Positions 1 to 8,931 of a stretch of DNA of 26,909 nt are shown here, piece by piece. The translations under genes and the position numbers were made by a program. Numbering within the stretch: position 1 is the first letter of the stretch; every line of letters starts with the position of its first letter. Under the pieces are notes generated by a model. It did not search any database, had not been told where the DNA came from, and saw nothing but the letters and a program-made list of their open reading frames with translations. Origin of the DNA: an uncultured Bacilli bacterium (GTDB lineage Bacteria > Bacillota_I > Bacilli_A > RF39 > UBA660); the NCBI GenBank assembly GCA_947627635.1, contig CANQWT010000013.1:1-26909 (forward strand). Direction: 5' to 3'.

Positions 1-202
1 TTCCCTTATTTTACGGTAACTTAATAAAATAAAGATAACTTCCTTTATCACCGGTAAGTTATCTCTGTAGTTAACGTCTTCTATTGCGATTTTTTCCTTA
101 GCTCTTTTTATCATCATACCTCACCCTATTATTACTTTATCAATATCGACAAATTTTTTCAAGTTTCAGGGTTAAAAAAAAGAAAAATGTTAGTTTTTCT
201 TT

Positions 203-1477
203 TTATTTATGGTATTCAAAATAGTAATCTAAAATACGAACCATATCTCCTTCTTCAATTCCCATTTCTTCTAGTTTCTCATCAATGCCCATCTTTCTTA
301 ATTTATTCGCAAAACGATAAACTGCTTCATCACTAGAAAACTTGGTCATCTTAAAGAGTTTTTCAATTTTTTCTCCAGAGATAACATACGTATCATCCTC
401 TTTTGTAATTTCAAATGGCGTTTCTTTTTTAAACGTATAGAGAACATGACTTTCAAAAGCATCATCTTCATAAAGAGCTTCTTCTTTTTGCTCCTTTAAG
501 ATAATATCCAAGTAGTCAATAACATCCTCTAGTCCTTTGCCTTCTAAACTTGAAGTCGCAAAAACCTTTAAGTCCTTATATTTTTCTTTAAATTTTTCTA
601 GATTTTCTTCTGCCTGAGGAAGGTCCATTTTGTTTGCTAAAACAACTTGAGGGCGTTTTAATAATTTTGGATTAAAGTTTCTTAATTCTTCGTTGATTTT
701 TTCATAATCTTCAATTGGATTTCTTCCTTCACTTCCTGCGATATCAAGTACATGTAGTATGACTTTTGTTCTTTCAATATGTCTTAAAAATTGGTCTCCT
801 AAACCTTCTCCTTTACTTGCACCTTCAATCAGTCCTGGCAAATCTGCAATCACAAAACTATCACCATTTCTAGCTTTGACAACTCCTAAATTAGGAGAAA
901 GTGTAGTAAAATGATAAGAGGCAATTTTAGGTTTTGCTCTTGAAACTTTAGAAATAAATGTACTTTTGCCAACCGAAGGAAAACCAACAAGACCAACGTC
1001 CGCTAAAAGCTTCAGCTCAATCTTTAAGTTTCTTACCTCTCCAGGTTCTCCATTCTCAGAAAAATTAGGTGCTGTATTTTCATGAGTTTTGAATGCTGTA
1101 TTTCCACGTCCTCCACGACCACCTCGAGCAATTAAGACACAATCATCTTTTCCTTTTAAATCCGCTAAGATAAGTCCTGTATCCAAATCCGTTACTACAG
1201 TTCCTTGAGGAACTTTAATATAAATATCCTCCGCATTTTTTCCATGTTGATTTTTTCCTTTTCCGTTTTCTCCCTTATCTCCCTTAATTAACTTTTGATA
1301 ACGTAAATCAAGAAGTGTATGAAGTCCTGTATCCACCATAAAATAAATGTTAGAACCACGTCCTCCATTTCCTCCATAAGGTCCCCCTAAAGGAACATAT
1401 TTTTCTCTTCTAAAAGCTGTACAACCGTCTCCACCTGCACCAGCAATCATTTTTAAAGTGACTTCATCGACAAACAT
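203..1477 (-). CDS. obg: GTPase Obg (ObgE/CgtA)
   Basis: N-terminal glycine-rich Obg fold (GGDGG..GGxGG repeats). G1 P-loop GFPSVGKST and G3 DLPG are present. There is a C-terminal Obg_CT/TGS-like extension typical of Firmicutes. It lies next to rpmA-prp-rplU as in Bacillus. Confidence 0.95.
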   Translation of the reverse strand: MFVDEVTLKMIAGAGGDGCTAFRREKYVPLGGPYGGNGGRGSNIYFMVDTGLHTLLDLRYQKLIKGDKGENGKGKNQHGKNAEDIYIKVPQGTVVTDLDTGLILADLKGKDDCVLIARGGRGGRGNTAFKTHENTAPNFSENGEPGEVRNLKIELKLLADVGLVGFPSVGKSTFISKVSRAKPKIASYHFTTLSPNLGVVKARNGDSFVIADLPGLIEGASKGEGLGDQFLRHIERTKVILHVLDIAGSEGRNPIEDYEKINEELRNFNPKLLKRPQVVLANKMDLPQAEENLEKFKEKYKDLKVFATSSLEGKGLEDVIDYLDIILKEQKEEALYEDDAFESHVLYTFKKETPFEITKEDDTYVISGEKIEKLFKMTKFSSDEAVYRFANKLRKMGIDEKLEEMGIEEGDMVRILDYYFEYHK

Positions 1478-1503
1478 AATAAGCCTCCTTTCTTAACAGT
1501 ATA

Positions 1504-2412
1504 TCATTCTTTTATAAAAACTTTTTCTTTTTTTTGTTGAGGTTTTGTATAACTTTCTTCAATTTGACAAATTTTTTTAAGATTTTCTCTAGCAGATTGA
1601 TGAAGAATATAAAAATCCTCTAACATTTCTTTATCTATTTTTCTTTTTGGTAAATTTTGGTATTCCATATCTTCTAAAGAGGGTAAGCCAAGTATCTTAC
1701 GAACTTTTTCATTTTGCTCCTCTTGGTCTTGAAGTACTAAATTTTCTCCACTTTGAACAGACTTTAACAGTTGATTAGAAACAAACAAATAATCTTTTTG
1801 GTTGGTAAAATCTTTAACCATCTTTTTTCCGTGGACTGTAATGACATTCACTGCATGCATTTTAATTGGATGAAGTTCATAAGGATAACAAAAATAAGTA
1901 GATAAATATCCTGTTTCTATTGGAAAGTTTTGGGAAAAATCATCAAAAAGTGTCGCAATATGACGGCATTCAGCTTTTCCACTAAATACTCTTTCTCCAT
2001 AAAGGCGAGGAATTTCATGAGAAACTTTACAACTTTCTACTTGAAAGGTTAAATCTTTAGAAAAAAGTCCTTGATATAAAGCATCTTGAAATAGATAAGC
2101 AACATCATATGAAGATGTAAAATCATATTGTTTCAAAAGCAAAGAGATAGAGTTCAAATAAGTTTGATAAAGTTGTTCCATTTCTAAAATATCTTTTTGC
2201 TTTCCTATAAATGTTTCGATATCATAATGCTTATCAATTTGCTTTTTTAAAGGAAGAAGACAAAAAGAAATAGGCAAAATAGAAATCAGAGACTGAGGAA
2301 AAGGAAACGAATATAAACTAGAAGTTAAAACTGCAAGAGAAGCTAAGTTTGCTCCTCTTTGAGCCCATTTTTGTTTTTGAATTTCCATATCAATACGATT
2401 TTTTTCTTTCAT
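1504..2412 (-). CDS. Membrane-anchored transglutaminase-like (papain-fold Cys-His-Asp) domain protein, paralog 1 of 3
   Basis: Hydrophobic N-terminal segments. Conserved GKAECRHIATLF matches the transglutaminase-core motif G-x-CRHFAxLF. Downstream HAVNVITVHGKKMVKDFTN matches the HAWxEV..GW..DPT His/Asp block. Confidence 0.5.
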   Translation of the reverse strand: MKEKNRIDMEIQKQKWAQRGANLASLAVLTSSLYSFPFPQSLISILPISFCLLPLKKQIDKHYDIETFIGKQKDILEMEQLYQTYLNSISLLLKQYDFTSSYDVAYLFQDALYQGLFSKDLTFQVESCKVSHEIPRLYGERVFSGKAECRHIATLFDDFSQNFPIETGYLSTYFCYPYELHPIKMHAVNVITVHGKKMVKDFTNQKDYLFVSNQLLKSVQSGENLVLQDQEEQNEKVRKILGLPSLEDMEYQNLPKRKIDKEMLEDFYILHQSARENLKKICQIEESYTKPQQKKEKVFIKE

Positions 2413-2427
2413 GATGCAACCTCCTTT

Positions 2428-3354
2428 TTATTTGATTATTTTTTTGGCTTTTCTAATGTCTGGCATGGTGTATTTTTCCTCAATTTGACAAATTCGTTCT
2501 AATTGACTTTGAGATTTTTGATTCAGTTGTTTCATATTCTTCATAACACTTAAAAACTGTTCTTCACGAAACTGTTGATTTCTTTCATTGCATGTTGTCA
2601 TATAGTCATCCATATTGAGTGATGGAAGAGCTAAAAATTTATCAATATCAGTTGCTTGATTTCCTTTGATAAAGAAGATACTACTGTCTTCAATTCCTTT
2701 TAGTTCTTTTGATGATGTGAACAAATATGTTTGATGATTGGTTATATCTCGCGCCATTTTTTTACCATTGACTTCTAGTAAACTGATGGCATGATTTGCT
2801 TGTTGCTTAGAAGTGTCTAGTTCCTCTCCTAAATATCCACCAAGCCATCCTGTTTTAAAAGGATAACTTTCTGTAAAGTTTAAAAACAAACTACTAATAT
2901 GGCGACAGCATCCTAATCCACTCATAACTCTACTTCCCTCTAATAGAAAATGATTGTGCTTAAATTGATGATTGTTATAGTGAAAAACTCCTTCTTTCGA
3001 AAAATAGCCATTCCATAAACTCATTTCAAAATATCCTGTGACATCTAATGGATGAGTAATAGAAAAAGCATCAAAAACCGCTTTTGCATCTTTTAAATAT
3101 GTACAGTAAAGTTCTAATAGCTCTTGCATATCTTTTTGTTTTAAAAGATAGGAAGTATCATCCATCTTTGTTCTAATCTGCTTTGTGAAGTAAAGATTAC
3201 TTCCTAATAGAAGTGGAACAGAAACTAAAAAAGGAAAACCTGTTAGATGAAGAAAAGGCATCAATATTGGAAGCCCCAAAGTAACCGTATCCAGTCCACT
3301 TTTAAGATAAAAAGACTTTTTACGATTTTCAAGAATATAATCTTTTTCTTTCAT
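2428..3354 (-). CDS. Membrane-anchored transglutaminase-like domain protein, paralog 2 of 3
   Basis: Same architecture as paralog 1: two N-terminal TM helices, SGLGCCRHISSLF Cys motif, HAISLLEVNGKKMARDITN His/Asp block. The C-terminal ERICQIEEKYTMP motif is shared by all three paralogs. Confidence 0.5.
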   Translation of the reverse strand: MKEKDYILENRKKSFYLKSGLDTVTLGLPILMPFLHLTGFPFLVSVPLLLGSNLYFTKQIRTKMDDTSYLLKQKDMQELLELYCTYLKDAKAVFDAFSITHPLDVTGYFEMSLWNGYFSKEGVFHYNNHQFKHNHFLLEGSRVMSGLGCCRHISSLFLNFTESYPFKTGWLGGYLGEELDTSKQQANHAISLLEVNGKKMARDITNHQTYLFTSSKELKGIEDSSIFFIKGNQATDIDKFLALPSLNMDDYMTTCNERNQQFREEQFLSVMKNMKQLNQKSQSQLERICQIEEKYTMPDIRKAKKIIK

Positions 3355-3370
3355 CCTTTCACTCCCTCTA

Positions 3371-4258
3371 TCAATACTTTTTCATGAATACCTTTTTCTC
3401 TTTCATTTGTGGTTCTGTATATTTTTCTTCAATTTCTGAAATTCGTTCTAGTTGTGGTCTAGATTGTTGTTGTAAAGCTCTTAATTCTTTAAAAAGAGAG
3501 GCTTTGTCTATCGAAGTAAGACTTTCTTTTTCTTCTTGATACTCCTCTATTTTCCAATGTGGTCCTTCTAAAATTCGAGCTTGTTCTAACGCTGAAATTG
3601 TCGTAAAACAGTCTACATAATAAACCATACTTTTTGCTTCATCCTCTAATCGTTTTGAACCTGTAAAGAAGTAGACATCACGATTGGTTAAATCTAGTCC
3701 TATACTTTTTCCTTTCCACTCAATAATATTGATGGCATGTCCTATACTTTTTTTAAAAGCCTTCTTCTTTGTTTGCCATGGAAAAGCAGAAAAACCATAA
3801 ACTTCAGGAGCAGTAAAAGAAAAGTTATCACTAAAATCATTAAAAAGTGCACTAACATGGCGACAAACTCCAGTACCACTCATAATTCTAGGGGCAAACA
3901 AAAGAAATAAGTTGTTATCATAAAAGCTATCTTGAAATTGAAACTGTCCACTTTTGGAAAAGATACCTTGGTAAATCGCATCTGAATAGACTTCTGCTAC
4001 GTCAAAAGGATGAGTAACTCCATTTTTTTGAAAGATAGATGCAACCTCACTTAAATATCCTTCATAAAGATAATAAAGCTCTCGAACATCATCTTGTCGG
4101 TATAAATACATTTGAAAATCACTTACATTTTCTAACTGTTCCATTACAGTTACTTGTAGGCGCTTACTAAATGGAATGAAATTTAAAATAGATTTTACCT
4201 TTTTGAGTTTTTCAATTTCTTTTTGTTGTTGATAACAGACTTCCTGATAAGCACTCAT
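3371..4258 (-). CDS. Transglutaminase-like domain protein, paralog 3 of 3 (N-terminus less hydrophobic)
   Basis: SGTGVCRHVSALFNDF and HAINIIEWKGKSIGLDLTN motifs and the C-terminal ERISEIEEKYTEP motif are present. It lacks the clear TM hairpin of the other two paralogs. Confidence 0.5.
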   Translation of the reverse strand: MSAYQEVCYQQQKEIEKLKKVKSILNFIPFSKRLQVTVMEQLENVSDFQMYLYRQDDVRELYYLYEGYLSEVASIFQKNGVTHPFDVAEVYSDAIYQGIFSKSGQFQFQDSFYDNNLFLLFAPRIMSGTGVCRHVSALFNDFSDNFSFTAPEVYGFSAFPWQTKKKAFKKSIGHAINIIEWKGKSIGLDLTNRDVYFFTGSKRLEDEAKSMVYYVDCFTTISALEQARILEGPHWKIEEYQEEKESLTSIDKASLFKELRALQQQSRPQLERISEIEEKYTEPQMKEKKVFMKKY

Positions 4259-4394
4259 TCTCCTACTCCCCCTTTTCGAAGTATGCTTATTATACCATAA
4301 TTTCAGAAAAGCAGCAATAAAAACAAAAGACTAACAAAGTATTCAAACAATAAAAAAAGTGACAAATCATCACTTTTAATTCTATTTATTTTTA

Positions 4395-4685
4395 TTACTC
4401 TGCAACTGGATATACAGAAGCACATTTTTTATCACGTCCAAGACGTTCATATTTTACAATTCCATCCACAGTTGCATAAATTGTATCATCATTACCACGT
4501 TTTGCATTTTCCCCTGGATAAATTTTTGTTCCTCTTTGACGATAAAGAATACTTCCGGCAGTTACAAATTCTCCATCACTTGCTTTAGCCCCTAATCTAC
4601 GACCGATTGAATCACGTCCATTAGATGTAGAACTTTGTCCTTTTTTATGTGCGAAGAATTGAATATCTAATGCTAAAAATCTCAT
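4395..4685 (-). CDS. rpmA: 50S ribosomal protein L27 with cleavable N-terminal extension
   Basis: [12 protein letters not shown]|[14 protein letters not shown] matches the L27 pro-peptide that Prp cleaves after FFA. Conserved L27 core follows. Confidence 0.95.
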   Translation of the reverse strand: MRFLALDIQFFAHKKGQSSTSNGRDSIGRRLGAKASDGEFVTAGSILYRQRGTKIYPGENAKRGNDDTIYATVDGIVKYERLGRDKKCASVYPVAE

Positions 4686-4697
4686 TCTTTTTCCTCC

Positions 4698-5000
4698 TTA
4701 CTTTACAACAATATAATCTTTATATTTCATTTCTAATTCCTTGAACATTCGAATCATCACTCGAATTAAGGTTTGCGTTACTTTATCTTGTTTCAAGACT
4801 TTAATAGAAAGTCCTTTACTACTCGATAAATAAGTAATACTTTTGTTATCAAGTGCTAAAAGTCCATTGATTGTAGTGATTACAATACTAGATACTGCAC
4901 TACATACTATATCTTTCCCATACTCATCATACATTGCATGTCCTAACACTTGAACACTGGTAAAATTTTGTTTTTCTTTCTCTACTTTTACAGTAATCAT
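4698..5000 (-). CDS. prp: Ribosomal-processing cysteine protease Prp (YsxB)
   Basis: About 100 aa. GHAMY...G.DIVCSAVSS matches the Prp His/Cys catalytic motifs. It sits between rplU and rpmA as in Bacillus. Confidence 0.85.
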   Translation of the reverse strand: MITVKVEKEKQNFTSVQVLGHAMYDEYGKDIVCSAVSSIVITTINGLLALDNKSITYLSSSKGLSIKVLKQDKVTQTLIRVMIRMFKELEMKYKDYIVVK

Positions 5001-5006
5001 ATCACT

Positions 5007-5309
5007 TTATCCATTGATTTTTGTAATTTCAATCTTTGTATAAGGTTGACGATGTCCTTGTGTTTTACGGTTAGAGCGACTTTTATTTTTATATTTGAAA
5101 ATACGAATTTTCTTGCTCTTTCCATTCTTTAGAACTTTACCTGTTACAGTAACGCCTGTAAGATAAGGACTTCCGATTTTTGCATCAAGCATAAGTACTT
5201 GGTCAAAAACAACTTCATCTCCAATTTCAGCATTTAGTTTTTCAACATAAATTTCGCTTCCTTCAGAAACATAGTATTGTTTTCCACCTACTTTAATGAC
5301 TGCTTTCAT
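5007..5309 (-). CDS. rplU: 50S ribosomal protein L21
   Basis: MKAVIKVGGKQYYVSEGSEIYVEKL is a canonical L21 N-terminus. A GGAGG RBS lies 8 nt upstream of the ATG at 5309. The track ORF begins 7 codons earlier, at 5330, with no RBS. Confidence 0.9.
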   Translation of the reverse strand: MKAVIKVGGKQYYVSEGSEIYVEKLNAEIGDEVVFDQVLMLDAKIGSPYLTGVTVTGKVLKNGKSKKIRIFKYKNKSRSNRKTQGHRQPYTKIEITKING

Positions 5310-5330
5310 TTTTTTACCTCCTTTTTTCAC

Positions 5331-5405
5331 TCAAGACTCGCTTTTAAGGTACAGATTTCTGTTTTTACCTTTTCAATGCGGTTTACAGCATGAGGCCACA
5401 AACAT
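5331..5405 (-). promoter_or_regulatory. Putative rplU 5' leader (L21-leader-type ribosomal autoregulatory element)
   Basis: A roughly 75-nt untranslated region lies between a strong promoter and the rplU RBS. Firmicutes rplU operons are known to carry a structured L21 leader. No structure was computed here. Confidence 0.3.
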
Positions 5406-5410
5406 TTATG

Positions 5411-5439
5411 ATTTTATCATAGAATAGTGATTTCGTCAA
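5411..5439 (-). promoter_or_regulatory. Sigma-A-type promoter for rplU-prp-rpmA
   Basis: Minus strand reads TTGACG, a 17-nt spacer, then TAAAAT. It sits about 100 nt upstream of the rplU start. Confidence 0.5.
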
Positions 5440-5467
5440 TTTTTTATTGTTTTTTTTGATTTTATCT

Positions 5468-5812
5468 TTATTTTTTCTTATTCTTACCTTGCTTCAATAA
5501 TTTCTTTTTAGAAATAGGTTTTTGATAAATAGGATTGGGATGCATCGTAAAAGATTGTTCTGCACAAGAAATTTGATAAAGTGGAAAATCTTTGATTTGA
5601 TGAGAAGACTTTTCATCTGTTTTCAATAATAATAAAACTGTATCTTCTTTACTTTCCATCAAATCTTTAGCCTCAAAGAAACGATAGATTTTATTGTTAT
5701 AATGAAGTTCATTCTGTACTAAAACATAATCGATATTCCTAGCTGTAAAAGTTTCTTCTATCGTCTTTAGAAAAAGAGGATATCCCATCATATAAATATG
5801 AACTACTTGCAT
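5468..5812 (-). CDS. Hypothetical protein with Lys-rich C-terminal tail
   Basis: Open frame of 114 aa. No motif was recognised. Confidence 0.4.
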   Translation of the reverse strand: MQVVHIYMMGYPLFLKTIEETFTARNIDYVLVQNELHYNNKIYRFFEAKDLMESKEDTVLLLLKTDEKSSHQIKDFPLYQISCAEQSFTMHPNPIYQKPISKKKLLKQGKNKKK

Positions 5813-5820
5813 CGTTTTTT

Positions 5821-6585
5821 CTATTTTCCTTTCTTTCCTAACCCTTCAATGGCATTTAGCACTTCAATTGGTACTGCGAAGATAATGGTATTAGATTGGT
5901 CTGAACTAATATCATTCAAAGTAGATAAAGTTCTTAAATGAAGAGCACCAGGAGCACTACTCATTAAGGCTGCGGCTTGTTTTAAGTTTTCTGCAGCCTC
6001 GACTTCTCCTCTACTTTTTGTAATGACTGCTTCTTTTTCTCTTTCTGCTTCAGCAACTTTTGCAATAACTCGTTTCATTTCCATAGGAAGTGCAACATCT
6101 TTAAGCTCAACATTTTCAACTTTAATTCCCCATGGGTCTGTTGCTTTATCAATCACTTTGCAAATTTCACTTGAAATTTTTTCGCGTTCTGTGAGTAACT
6201 CATCAAGGGTCACAGACCCAACAATATTTCTCATTGTTGTCTGAGCAAGTTGTCCTACAGCATAATAAAAGTTTTCAACTTCACAAATTGCTTTTCCTGC
6301 ATCAAATATTTTATAGTAAATGACTGCGTTAATACGAATTGATACATTATCTTTCGTAATAGCTTCTTGCTCAGGCACATCAACTGCCTTCGTTCTAATA
6401 TCTACTTTTTGGTAAGACTGAATAATAGGTAATACAATCGTCCAACCTGGATTTAAAATTTTCTTGAATTTACCAAAAACAAATAAAATTCCCCTTTCAT
6501 ATTCATTGATTTGTTTAATCGAACATAATACAATTATTCCAATAATAATAGCTATAACAATTATAAATTCCATATTGACCTCCAA
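5821..6585 (-). CDS. SPFH/band-7 (stomatin/prohibitin-like) membrane protein
   Basis: N-terminal TM helix, then an SPFH core (GILFVFGKF..., VDIRT...V.TKDNV...). The C-terminal tail is coiled-coil and Ala/Glu-rich. Confidence 0.85.
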   Translation of the reverse strand: MEVNMEFIIVIAIIIGIIVLCSIKQINEYERGILFVFGKFKKILNPGWTIVLPIIQSYQKVDIRTKAVDVPEQEAITKDNVSIRINAVIYYKIFDAGKAICEVENFYYAVGQLAQTTMRNIVGSVTLDELLTEREKISSEICKVIDKATDPWGIKVENVELKDVALPMEMKRVIAKVAEAEREKEAVITKSRGEVEAAENLKQAAALMSSAPGALHLRTLSTLNDISSDQSNTIIFAVPIEVLNAIEGLGKKGK

Positions 6586-6624
6586 TGATTTTTTAATTTA
6601 AGCAAAAAAGAGCACAAAATCACA

Positions 6625-7182
6625 TTATGCTCTTGATACATACTTACCATCTTTTGTTCCAACAAGAATTTCTTCATCTTGTTCAATAAAGAGTGGCACT
6701 TTAATAATCATACCTGTTTCAAGTTCAGCATCTTTCATAGCAGAAGAGGTTGTATTTCCTTTTACAGCTCCTTCTGTACGAACAACTTTCATAACCACTT
6801 TATCAGGTAAATTCATTCCTAACATTTCCCCTTCAAAGAAAATGATTTCCACTTCTAAGTTTTCTTTTAAGAACTTTGTATCATCACCAATGACACTCTT
6901 ATCAAGTTCAATTTGCTCATAGTCTTGCATGTTCATAAAATAATAAGTATCTCCCATACTATATAAGAACTGCATGGCTTTCTTTGATATATGAGCTGTT
7001 TCTACTTTAACACCAGCATTGAATGTTTTTTCAACAATAGAACCTGTACGTAAATTCTTCATCTTAGCTTTAACAATTGCGGCACCTTTACCAGGTTTTA
7101 CATGTTGGCTTTCTATAATCATATAGATACCACCCTCAAACTGAATTGTTAAACCAGGTTTAAAATCATTAGAATTAACCAT
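6625..7182 (-). CDS. efp: Elongation factor P
   Basis: NDFKPGLTI...HVKPGKGAA..VKAKMKNLRTG is the canonical EF-P signature, including the modified-Lys loop KPGKG. Confidence 0.95.
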   Translation of the reverse strand: MVNSNDFKPGLTIQFEGGIYMIIESQHVKPGKGAAIVKAKMKNLRTGSIVEKTFNAGVKVETAHISKKAMQFLYSMGDTYYFMNMQDYEQIELDKSVIGDDTKFLKENLEVEIIFFEGEMLGMNLPDKVVMKVVRTEGAVKGNTTSSAMKDAELETGMIIKVPLFIEQDEEILVGTKDGKYVSRA

Positions 7183-7357
7183 CGTATCGTACTCCTTTCA
7201 AGCGTATTGGTACAACTTTATTTCTTATTCCTAATTTTTTCTCTAAAACTTTATTTTGAGCAATGACTTCAGTATTTTCTGAAGCTTGTTTCTCAATAAG
7301 TTCTTTTATCCTATTTGGATTAGGTAGAAATGGATTTTCTTGTGTAAATCTTTGCAT
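7175..7357 (-). CDS. Small hypothetical protein (60 aa)
   Basis: An AAAGGAAG RBS is correctly spaced directly after the rpmG stop. The protein is hydrophilic. It overlaps the efp start by 8 nt. Confidence 0.45.
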   Translation of the reverse strand: MQRFTQENPFLPNPNRIKELIEKQASENTEVIAQNKVLEKKLGIRNKVVPIRLKGVRYDG

Positions 7358-7372
7358 GCCTAATCTTCCTTT

Positions 7373-7537
7373 CTACTTCTTTTCTTTATGTGTTGTATGT
7401 TTTCCACATTTTGGACAATATTTACTGATTTCTAAACGGTCGGTTGTATTTTTTACATTTTTTTCAACACGATAGTTTTCTTCATTACATTCAGTACAAA
7501 TTAGTGTCTTCTTTTGACGATTTCCTACTTTTGCCAT
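7373..7537 (-). CDS. rpmG: 50S ribosomal protein L33 (absent from the ORF track because it is under 60 aa)
   Basis: Manual minus-strand translation gives [54 protein letters not shown]. It has the L33 CxxC...CxxC zinc ribbon. An AAAGGGAGG RBS lies upstream. Confidence 0.85.
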   Translation of the reverse strand: MAKVGNRQKKTLICTECNEENYRVEKNVKNTTDRLEISKYCPKCGKHTTHKEKK

Positions 7538-7594
7538 TTTAATTCCTCCCTTTTGCTCGTTTACAGTATATCAACTTCACTTTGTTTTTTCAAG

Positions 7595-8863
7595 CTACTT
7601 ATTTGCTTCTTTTAATAATTCAATTGTTTTTCTCATTTCAAGGTCATAAGCAATCATATCAAGTCCACCGAAACTCTTTAAAAGTTCTTCTTTTTCCATT
7701 TGATATTTCTTTGCAAGTTCTTCTGCTTCTTTATCTGCATCCTCTTCTGTTACTTCAATTTGTTCTTGGTTCATAATTTCTTCAAGCATCAAGCGATATA
7801 AAACGTTTTGGAATGCTTCTTTTTCAAGTTGGTCTCTTAAAGCTTTCTCATCAGAATGTGTATATTGATAGAATAAGTCTAAGCTAATACCTTGCATTTT
7901 TAAATTTTCTTCCATACGATGCATCAGTCTATCGATTTCTTCTTCTGTCATTGCTTCTGGAATATCAACTTCTACGTTTTTAGAAACAGCTTCTAATAAG
8001 TTATCAATGTATTGATTTTCTGCATCCATTTCTTTTTGAGCTTTGATGTTCTTTTCAATTTCTTCTTCTAAACTTTTCTTATCAGTAATTCCTTCCATTG
8101 CAAGGTCATCAAAGAAGTCTTTATCTAATTCACGAGCAATTTTTTCTTTAATTTCATTCACTTTTACTTTGAATGTTACTTCTTGTCCTTTTAATTCTTC
8201 ATTTGGATATTCTTCTGGGAAAGTTACTTGAATTTCTTTTTCTTCTCCTGTTTTCATTCCCACTAACTGTTCTTCAAATCCTGGAATAAAAGTATGACTA
8301 CCAATTTCTAATGAATAGTTTTCCCCTTTGCCACCATCAAATGCTTTTCCATTATGGAACCCTTCAAAATCAATGATTGCAAGATTACCATTTTCTACTG
8401 TTCCATCTTCTTTAGTAACCATTTCTGTAAAGCGTTCAAGAAGATGACCAATTTCATGTTCAATCTCTTCTTTTGTTACTTTTACTTCTTCTTTTTTAAC
8501 AGAAAGTCCTTTGTATTTTTTTACTTTTACTTCAGGCTTTGTTGTAATTGTGAAAACAAAAGTCACACCATTTTCATCAATAGATTTTAAGTCAACATTA
8601 GGTTGTACAACAGGTACTAACTCGTTTTCCTTCATTGCTTTTTCATAAGCTTTTTGTATGCTTGCATCAGCAGCATCTAAATATAAACTTTCCTTTCCAA
8701 ATTTCTTTTCATAGACACTTCTTGGACATTTTCCTTTACGAAAACCATCAACAGTGACTGTTTTTACTTTATTTGCAAAGGCATCATCAATCGCTTTTGT
8801 CCAATCTGCACCCTCAATTTTTACTTCTACTTCATGTGTAGATTTATTCGCTTTTTTAGCCAT
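7595..8863 (-). CDS. tig: Trigger factor (ribosome-associated PPIase chaperone)
   Basis: The N-terminal ribosome-binding domain carries the GFRKGK signature. A central FKBP-like PPIase domain (FEGF..GK.F.GG) and an acidic C-terminal domain follow. The likely start is MAKKANK at 8863, since a TATAAT promoter lies just upstream. Confidence 0.93.
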   Translation of the reverse strand: MAKKANKSTHEVEVKIEGADWTKAIDDAFANKVKTVTVDGFRKGKCPRSVYEKKFGKESLYLDAADASIQKAYEKAMKENELVPVVQPNVDLKSIDENGVTFVFTITTKPEVKVKKYKGLSVKKEEVKVTKEEIEHEIGHLLERFTEMVTKEDGTVENGNLAIIDFEGFHNGKAFDGGKGENYSLEIGSHTFIPGFEEQLVGMKTGEEKEIQVTFPEEYPNEELKGQEVTFKVKVNEIKEKIARELDKDFFDDLAMEGITDKKSLEEEIEKNIKAQKEMDAENQYIDNLLEAVSKNVEVDIPEAMTEEEIDRLMHRMEENLKMQGISLDLFYQYTHSDEKALRDQLEKEAFQNVLYRLMLEEIMNQEQIEVTEEDADKEAEELAKKYQMEKEELLKSFGGLDMIAYDLEMRKTIELLKEANK

Positions 8864-8884
8864 AATATCCCTCCAATACGTTAT

Positions 8885-8913
8885 ATTATACATTGTTTTT
8901 CTAGCTATTTCAA
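8885..8913 (-). promoter_or_regulatory. Sigma-A-type promoter for tig
   Basis: Minus strand reads TTGAAA, a 17-nt spacer, then TATAAT. The -10 ends about 20 nt before the tig ATG. Confidence 0.55.
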
Positions 8914-8931
8914 TAAATTTATTACGAGATA

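Noticed and set aside
1504-4258. spo0B phosphotransferase at the syntenic position between rpmA and obg
   Set aside because: The three proteins are about 300 aa and two are membrane-anchored. They carry Cys/His/Asp transglutaminase-like motifs and lack the four-helix-bundle His phosphotransfer region expected of Spo0B.
4950-5132. Plus-strand 60-aa ORF overlapping rplU and prp, and similar antisense ORFs (6023-6244, 7263-7475, 7582-7776, 8043-8231, 8354-8590, 8754-8996, 9497-9679, 10051-10236, 11962-12177, 14380-14646, 15135-15407, 16961-17149, 17288-17581, 17753-17986, 18705-18906, 23614-23799, 25643-25939, 26335-26840)
   Set aside because: They lie entirely inside well-supported genes on the opposite strand or in a different frame. 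They are low-complexity or hydrophobic artefacts of AT-rich sequence and have no RBS. I treat them as shadow ORFs.
5468-5812. Assigning the 114-aa ORF to a named family (nucleotidyltransferase or glycosyltransferase fragment)
   Set aside because: There is a vague resemblance only and no diagnostic motif. It is left as hypothetical.
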